Origin: Candidatus Latescibacterota bacterium
Lineage (GTDB): Bacteria; Latescibacterota; UBA2968; GCA-2709665
Reading direction: 5' to 3'
NCBI GenBank assembly: GCA_965205485.1
Contig: OZ242180.1
Location: forward strand, 2,848,001 to 2,912,000
DNA length: 64,000 nt
Part shown: in pieces, positions 58,108-64,000 of the stretch
Position numbering within the stretch: position 1 is the first letter of the stretch
Layout of the letters: the number at the start of each line of letters is the position of its first letter
The notes under the pieces: generated by a model
Told to the model about the DNA's origin: nothing
Database searches by the model: none
The model's input: only the letters and a program-made list of their open reading frames with translations
Position numbers and translations under genes: made by a program

Positions 58108-58851
58108 ATGGACCAGGAGCAGAAATATCTATTCGACCTGCAGGGTTATATCGTCCTCGAGCAGATCGTGCCCCCGGAAACGGTGGCGGCCTGCAATGAC
58201 GCGCTCGACCGGTTCGAGGCCATGGATCCGGCGGATTACCCTCCCCCGGTCGTATTGGGCCAGGAGCGCTCGCCCGAGAACCTCTATCTATCGAACATCA
58301 TGGAGGGCGACGACGCGTTTCTGCCGCTGATGGAACTTCCTGAATTGCTGGATGCGGTCGAATGCGTAACCGGCGGTCCGTATCGTCTCAACCACACCTA
58401 TACGATCTATCGGTGGGGCGGGGGTTATACGGGGATGCACATGCACGGCACGCCGATCCTCCCCAAATGCCAGTATCACTGCCGCAACGGACAGATGGTG
58501 TCGACGCTGACGAAAGCGGTCTTTCCGATGCTGGACTGCGGGCCGGAAGACGGCTGCTTCGCGGTGATCCCAGGGGCGCACAAGAGCAATTTCCCGAGAC
58601 CCTGGGGCGGCCATCCGGACGACAACCCTCCCCTGCAGGCGGTTGCGGCGCGCGCGGGCGACGCCATTCTGTTTACAGAAGCGCTCACCCACGGCTCAAC
58701 GGTAAACGTCTCCGGACGCCCGCGTCGCTCGCTCTATTATTGCTACAGCATCGGCTATATGCCCGATTGGGGCGGCCAGCACCTGAAATTCAGCCCCGGC
58801 CTGGCCGACCGCCTCAGCCCCTCCCAGCGGGATATCATCTCTCTCAAGTAA
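58108..58851 (+). CDS. Phytanoyl-CoA dioxygenase (PhyH) family protein
   Basis: FDLQGY, IPGAHKSNF, FTEALTHG; GAGGAGG RBS. Confidence 0.87.
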   Translation: MDQEQKYLFDLQGYIVLEQIVPPETVAACNDALDRFEAMDPADYPPPVVLGQERSPENLYLSNIMEGDDAFLPLMELPELLDAVECVTGGPYRLNHTYTIYRWGGGYTGMHMHGTPILPKCQYHCRNGQMVSTLTKAVFPMLDCGPEDGCFAVIPGAHKSNFPRPWGGHPDDNPPLQAVAARAGDAILFTEALTHGSTVNVSGRPRRSLYYCYSIGYMPDWGGQHLKFSPGLADRLSPSQRDIISLK

Positions 58852-58880
58852 AAACCACGGGCCGGGCTGGTTGAACACGG

Positions 58881-59026
58881 GAAGTAAGAAGGAAGAGGAC
58901 CGCACCGCACCCCGCCAGTCCTGCGCTCAGCTTCCCGTTTCACACATCGAAAGTCCATTCGCCGGCGTCACACACGGAAAAGTTATCGACTCTTCGTTCT
59001 TCCTTCTTCCTTTTTCCTTCTTCATT
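58881..59026. repeat. Inverted heptamer-repeat element
   Basis: GAAGTAA-GAAGGAA-GAG on the left; five CTTCCTT-like heptamers at 58992-59026 on the right. Confidence 0.55.
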
Positions 59027-59425
59027 TCATCGTCTCCGCTTATAGGCCTTCCCGTGCCCCTCCCGGATCAGGACTTTCGCGAGGTTGGTACCATCCTGCA
59101 GCCGGACCGTGGCTACGACGCGCCCGCCGAAGCTCCCATGCTTCACGTTTTCCAGGTATACGGTTTTCCCGATCCGCTCCCGGACGAAGTCGCGCGCCAG
59201 CAGTGCGCGTCGTTTCTCCGGCTCGCTCTTCGTCTGAATTTCCGGCGTGTCCACGCCCCGCACGCGCACCTTTCCGCGCCACGTCAATCCCGGCCAGAGC
59301 TCCACGTCAACGGTCATCGTATCCCCATCGTACACGGAAACCACCGTCGCCTCATGCCTGGGAAACAACGATGGTCCTCCTTCGGCTGTGGAAAACAACG
59401 CGATAACAACGAGAATCCATACCAT
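59027..59425 (-). CDS. Thermonuclease (SNase) family protein, exported
   Basis: VYDGDT, VRVRGVDTPE, GRVVA; hydrophobic N-terminus. Confidence 0.88.
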   Translation of the reverse strand: MVWILVVIALFSTAEGGPSLFPRHEATVVSVYDGDTMTVDVELWPGLTWRGKVRVRGVDTPEIQTKSEPEKRRALLARDFVRERIGKTVYLENVKHGSFGGRVVATVRLQDGTNLAKVLIREGHGKAYKRRR

Positions 59426-59577
59426 AACACGCTCCTGAATATGGCTTGAGAAACGGAAACGCAACAGTATATTGCAATCGTACCGGGCTGTCAACTCTCT
59501 GGCGGCTATGCGTACGCGGAGTCCTGTCATCAGTGCCGAAGATGTGATAGAGCCGCCGCAACGAACTTACTCCCCAC

Positions 59578-60282
59578 ATGACCAACATCGAATGGATATT
59601 TCTGGATCTGGGTTGGACGCTGGTTGACGAAACCCGGGCGCACCGGGCGCGTCTTAAGGGCGTGTGCGAGCGTGTCCGGAAGTTCGGATTGAGCCACTCG
59701 GTTGATGACCTCATGCGGTTGTGCGAGCGAGCGGCGACGGATTTCGCATCCAGCCCGTTCCGCGACATGCTGGCGCGCCTCGATCTGACGGAGGAAGAGC
59801 GGCGCGCGGTTGCAAGCGCTGTTCGTTATGCGAAAGAACTGGAAGTCTTGTATCCCTGCGTTCCGGAGATGCTCGAGACGCTCTCGCGGAAATTCAGGCT
59901 TGGCGTCATCGCCAACCAATCCGAAGGGACGGAGAAGCGGCTTTCGGATTGGGGTATACGGGACCGGTTTTCCGTTGTTCTTGCATCCGCTGAACTCGGC
60001 CTTTCCAAGCCCGATTCGAGGATTTTCGGCGCTGCAGTTTCCCGTGCGGGGTGCGCACCCGAAGGCGTATTGATGGTTGGGGACCGGCTCGATAACGACA
60101 TCGGCCCTGCCAGATCTCAGGGATGTATGACCATGCGTGTCTTGCAGGGTTTTTCGCGGTTTCAGACGCCGCGCCGCGCCGCCGAGATTCCCGATTTCAC
60201 GATTTCGTCTATCAGGGAACTCCGTGGCATGCGGTCCGCAATGCGCCTGCGGCCGGGACGGTGCGGCCTGGCCCCGCTTTGA
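59578..60282 (+). CDS. HAD family hydrolase
   Basis: DLGWTLVD, IANQ, KPD, MVGDRLDNDI. Confidence 0.9.
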   Translation: MTNIEWIFLDLGWTLVDETRAHRARLKGVCERVRKFGLSHSVDDLMRLCERAATDFASSPFRDMLARLDLTEEERRAVASAVRYAKELEVLYPCVPEMLETLSRKFRLGVIANQSEGTEKRLSDWGIRDRFSVVLASAELGLSKPDSRIFGAAVSRAGCAPEGVLMVGDRLDNDIGPARSQGCMTMRVLQGFSRFQTPRRAAEIPDFTISSIRELRGMRSAMRLRPGRCGLAPL

Positions 60283-60290
60283 GGATCGTG

Positions 60291-61451
60291 ATGAAGATCA
60301 TCGGCGCAACGTGCTTCTCTCTCAGGATTCCTTTCGTCGAGGCCTTCGGTCACAGCGCTTCGGTGCGGTCCCGCTCGGACTCGGTCGTCGTGCGCCTGAC
60401 TGCCGAAGACGGCACGGTGGGCTACGGAGAAGGGCTGCCGCGTCCGTACGTGACGGGTGAAACGGTCGAGACCTGCGTCGATCGCATCGCGAATTGTCTC
60501 TGGCCCGCCATTGCGGACTCAGACTTTGGGGCGTTGGAACCCGGCCCGGACACGGTTCGTACTCTGCAGCCCGCGGCTCGAACATTGCCCGACTGCGGTG
60601 ACGACGGTGTCGTTGCGTGGCACGCCGCAAGAGCGGCTTGCGAACTGGCTTTGCTCGACGTCCTGTTGCGTCGCGGTCAACTGTCACTGGGCGAGATTCT
60701 GAGGCCGATGCGTGGCTCCGTCACCTACAGCGGCGTCATCAGCGGCGGTTCCATCGATAGTGCGGTCCGGCTCGCACGGGTCTGTGCGAAATTCGGTCTT
60801 CAGGCTGTCAAAATGAAGATTGATGGAGACGATGCACGTGACCGCGTCGCGGCCGTCCGCGATGCTGTGGGCCCCGACGTCTCGCTCAGGGTCGACGCGA
60901 ACTGCGCGTACACGCCTGACGAAGCGGTTGCGACGCTCGAGGCCCTGGCGCCGTTTGATATCGCCTGCGCCGAGCAGCCCATTCCCCGCGGCGACCCTGC
61001 GGTGTTGGCGATTGTGCGGTCCCGGTCGCCAATTCCGATCATGGCCGACGAATCCCTTGTCACCCTGGCCGACGCGGAAGCGCTGATTCAGGCAGGCGCA
61101 TGCGATTTCTTCAATCTGCGCGTCTCCAAGTGCGGCGGTCTGGCCCGCACGCTGGAGATCGCGCGAATGGCCGACGGTGCCGGGTTGGGACTGCAACTTG
61201 GCTGCCAGGTGGGAGAATCCGCCATCCTCTCGGCCGCCGGGCGACACCTGGCCGCCCATCTCGAGCGGGTATCGTTTGTGGAGGGATCTTACGGAACCAT
61301 GCTGCTCGTCGAAGACGTGTCTGAAGAATCGGTTGCGTTCGGACAGGGCGGGACGGCGCCGCTGCTGGGAGGTCCGGGGCTCGGCGTCGACGTACGCGAC
61401 GACGTCCTGCGCGCCCACGCGGAGACCGCGATGACCCTTGGTGAGGTATAG
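60291..61451 (+). CDS. Enolase superfamily, muconate-cycloisomerase/dipeptide-epimerase-like enzyme
   Basis: GYGE..PR.YVTGE, KMK, RVDAN, EQP, MADES, NLRVSKCGG, GPGLG. Confidence 0.85.
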   Translation: MKIIGATCFSLRIPFVEAFGHSASVRSRSDSVVVRLTAEDGTVGYGEGLPRPYVTGETVETCVDRIANCLWPAIADSDFGALEPGPDTVRTLQPAARTLPDCGDDGVVAWHAARAACELALLDVLLRRGQLSLGEILRPMRGSVTYSGVISGGSIDSAVRLARVCAKFGLQAVKMKIDGDDARDRVAAVRDAVGPDVSLRVDANCAYTPDEAVATLEALAPFDIACAEQPIPRGDPAVLAIVRSRSPIPIMADESLVTLADAEALIQAGACDFFNLRVSKCGGLARTLEIARMADGAGLGLQLGCQVGESAILSAAGRHLAAHLERVSFVEGSYGTMLLVEDVSEESVAFGQGGTAPLLGGPGLGVDVRDDVLRAHAETAMTLGEV

Positions 61452-61454
61452 GTC

Positions 61455-63131
61455 TTGGGTAAGCTCGTCAAAGCGATTATCCGGGTGAAGGGCTCCGGCC
61501 TGGCGCGGAAACTCGACCGCGCGGCCGAACGCCCGCAAGACGTGCAGAACGCCTTCCTCATGCGCCTGGTGAAGGCCAATGCCAACACCGCGTTCGGGAC
61601 GGACCATGGCTTTGGGTCGATCCGCACGGAGGCCGACTACCGCCGCCAGGTCCCCGTCAGGGACTACGAAGGGCTGCGGCCCTACGTCAACCGGATCACC
61701 GCGGGCGAGCAGGCGGTCCTCACCTCCGCGGCGCCCCGTATGTTGAATATGACGAGCGGGACCACGGGAGAACCGAAGTACATTCCCGTGACGCCCGAGT
61801 CCATGAAGCTCGCGTCGAGTTTCTCCCTGGAGTGGATCTATCGCGCGCTTCAGGACCATTCCGGATTTCTGAACGGTGCATTTGTCGGGATTGTCAGCAG
61901 GGCAATCGAGGGTTACACACCCTCCGGACTCCCGTACGGCAGCGCGTCCGGTATGCTCTACCAGCGGATTCCCGGGCCGATCCGCAGCACTTACGCGGTC
62001 CCTTACGCGGTTTCAGAAATCAAGGACTACGACCGCCGCTATTTTGTGGCCGCGCGCCTGGCGCTGGCCAGGCGCGTTTCGTACATCGGAACACCCAATC
62101 CAAGCACGCTCATTCGCCTCGCGGAAACCGCACTCAATAACGCCGAGGCCATTGTTCGCGCGGTTCACGACGGCACCCCTGGCATCGACCTGCCGGACCA
62201 GCCGCAACTTGCCGATCAACTGTCCGCCCTCATTGAACCGGATCCCGACCGCGCAGGGATCCTCGAGAGCATACTGGAGCGGACCGGTAGTCTCCTTCCG
62301 GCGGATTGCTGGCCGGACCTGAAACTCATCGGGTGCTGGCTGGGAGGCAGCGTGGGGGTTCAGGCACGGAAGCTGCCGGAGTATTACGGCGACGTTCCCA
62401 TGCGCGACCTGGGCTTTCTGGCCAGCGAAGGACACTTCACCCTTCCGAACCGGGACAATACTGCTTCGGGCATTCTCTCGCTGAACGGTAACTATTACGA
62501 GTTCATCCCCGAGGCGTCGCTGGATGACGCCGATCCACCGGTGTTGTCCAGTCACGAACTGGAGTCGGGCGTGAACTATGCCGTGCTGCTGACCACCCCC
62601 GGAGGGCTTTACCGTTACGATATTCACGACATCGTACAGGTGACCGGTTTCTACCGGAACGCCCCGCTGCTGGCCTTCATCCGCAAGGGCCGCGACATGA
62701 CGAGCATCACGGGCGAGAAAATGCACGTGAACCATCTTCTTCTGGCGCTCGAAGAGGTCCGCCGCCGGTATGACGTCTCCGTGGTCGAGCAGTTCCGGGT
62801 GGTGGCGAACGTGGAGGCCCGCCGGTACGAGATCTACGCGGAGTTGAAGGGAGAGTTCTCGCGGGATTTCCTGTTACACGAGGTGATTCCCCACCTGGAC
62901 CATGCACTGGCGGGGGTCAACGTGGAATACGCCGAGAAACGCGGTTCCCGAAGGCTGGCGCCGCCGTGCCTCCATCTGATGCGTCCGGGCTGGGCGGAAG
63001 CCGAGGTGCTGCGCGCCGCGGGCGCGGGGAAGCGGGATATCCAGTACAAATGGCGGATTCTCAGCGACGAACCCGCCGACGAGGACGCCGACGCGATTCT
63101 GAATACGCTCGAGACGGTGGAGGAGGGTTAG
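61455..63131 (+). CDS. GH3 family acyl-acid amido synthetase-like protein
   Basis: TSGTTG.PKYIP, FLASEG, YEFIP, GLYRYDIHD, GEK. Confidence 0.9.
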   Translation: MGKLVKAIIRVKGSGLARKLDRAAERPQDVQNAFLMRLVKANANTAFGTDHGFGSIRTEADYRRQVPVRDYEGLRPYVNRITAGEQAVLTSAAPRMLNMTSGTTGEPKYIPVTPESMKLASSFSLEWIYRALQDHSGFLNGAFVGIVSRAIEGYTPSGLPYGSASGMLYQRIPGPIRSTYAVPYAVSEIKDYDRRYFVAARLALARRVSYIGTPNPSTLIRLAETALNNAEAIVRAVHDGTPGIDLPDQPQLADQLSALIEPDPDRAGILESILERTGSLLPADCWPDLKLIGCWLGGSVGVQARKLPEYYGDVPMRDLGFLASEGHFTLPNRDNTASGILSLNGNYYEFIPEASLDDADPPVLSSHELESGVNYAVLLTTPGGLYRYDIHDIVQVTGFYRNAPLLAFIRKGRDMTSITGEKMHVNHLLLALEEVRRRYDVSVVEQFRVVANVEARRYEIYAELKGEFSRDFLLHEVIPHLDHALAGVNVEYAEKRGSRRLAPPCLHLMRPGWAEAEVLRAAGAGKRDIQYKWRILSDEPADEDADAILNTLETVEEG

Positions 63132-63162
63132 TCCCGTCACGGAATTGAAATCGGGATGATTT

Positions 63163-64000
63163 CTACTCGCGCCTGAGGACCGTCATCGGCATGCCGTACA
63201 GCGGCCATGTCTTCACGTCCATCGAAGGCGTAACGGGATGCCCGCGCACAAGCTGAAGCTGGTACCGCCGGACCACCATCGCCAGCACCAGGACGGCTTC
63301 CAGCATCGCGAAGTTTCCGCCCAGGCAGATCCGGGGTCCGGCGCTGAAGGGAAGGTAGGCGTAGCGGGAGCGTCGTTCCGTCTGCTCCGGGGTAAATCGT
63401 TCCGGGTCGAATTTTTCCGGGTTTTCCCACAGAGTAGGATGGCGTTGCGTGATATAGGGACTCACCAGCACGAGTGAGCCCGCGGGGATGCGGTACCCGT
63501 CAATCTCGTCGTCGCCCGCGGCCTCCCGGACGATCACCTTGATCGGCGGGTAGAGGCGCATCGCTTCCTGGAATACCATTCGGGCGTAGCTCAGTTCATG
63601 GACGGTCTGCATGGTGGGCGGACGCCCGTTCAGGATTGAACGCTGCTCCTCCCACAGCCTTCCCGCAACCCGTGGATGCCGATCCAGCAGGTACCACGTC
63701 CACGTCAGCGCATGCATCGTTGTCTGATATCCCGCAACGAACAGCGTGACCAGTTCGTCCCGCAGCTGCCGCCGGTCCATCCGCACACCCGTTTCTTCGT
63801 CCCGGGCATTCATGAGTACCGAGAGCAGATCCTCTTCCACTGTATGGTCGCGCCGCTCGTTGATGCGTTCGTCGATGTACCGGTGGATTTCGCTGAGGGA
63901 TTGTTTGAATCGCCGGTTCGCGGACGAGGGGACGAACATGGGCAGCGCGATCAGATCTGCGGAACGCCGGTCGATGAACCCGACGCAGTACTGAAATGCT
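63163..64000 (-). CDS. Cytochrome P450, C-terminal part; runs off the right edge
   Basis: LFVAGYQTT (I-helix), EAMRLYPP (ExxR), FDPERF, FSAGPRICLG heme Cys. Confidence 0.95.
   Translation of the reverse strand, partial: AFQYCVGFIDRRSADLIALPMFVPSSANRRFKQSLSEIHRYIDERINERRDHTVEEDLLSVLMNARDEETGVRMDRRQLRDELVTLFVAGYQTTMHALTWTWYLLDRHPRVAGRLWEEQRSILNGRPPTMQTVHELSYARMVFQEAMRLYPPIKVIVREAAGDDEIDGYRIPAGSLVLVSPYITQRHPTLWENPEKFDPERFTPEQTERRSRYAYLPFSAGPRICLGGNFAMLEAVLVLAMVVRRYQLQLVRGHPVTPSMDVKTWPLYGMPMTVLRRE

Noticed and set aside
1..64000. Genome-wide UGA reassignment (code 4 or 25)
   Set aside because: Many well-defined genes (vapB, PTS IIA, pdxJ, EVE, mmsA) end at TGA at their expected C-termini.

Overview
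GC-rich bacterial chromosomal window in standard code 11, with no rRNA, CRISPR array or intact transposase. The gene content (GWxTD-TPR protein, sulfatases, PhyH dioxygenases, FRG-TPR, a dockerin-like C-terminal domain) suggests a Latescibacterota/Gemmatimonadota/Poribacteria-like lineage; this is inference. Housekeeping and metabolic genes include a partial PFOR, a frameshifted ClC-CBS channel, PTS IIA, topA, xerC, glutamine synthetase III, czcCBA, tRNA-Pro(UGG), mmsA/iolA and pdxJ. Accessory content includes about five toxin-antitoxin modules, a decayed TA/defence patch at about 20.7-26.6 kb, several small non-autonomous repeat elements, and an enolase-superfamily + GH3 + cytochrome P450 cluster at the right end. 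The strongest finding is a two-domain rhodanese/sulfurtransferase (39888-40721) with an in-frame TGA exactly at the catalytic Cys position (VGCY-[TGA]-QGGYRS) followed by an intact C-terminus. It is most likely a selenoprotein that the ORF track truncates. Family assignments come from motif recognition only; no database searches were run.
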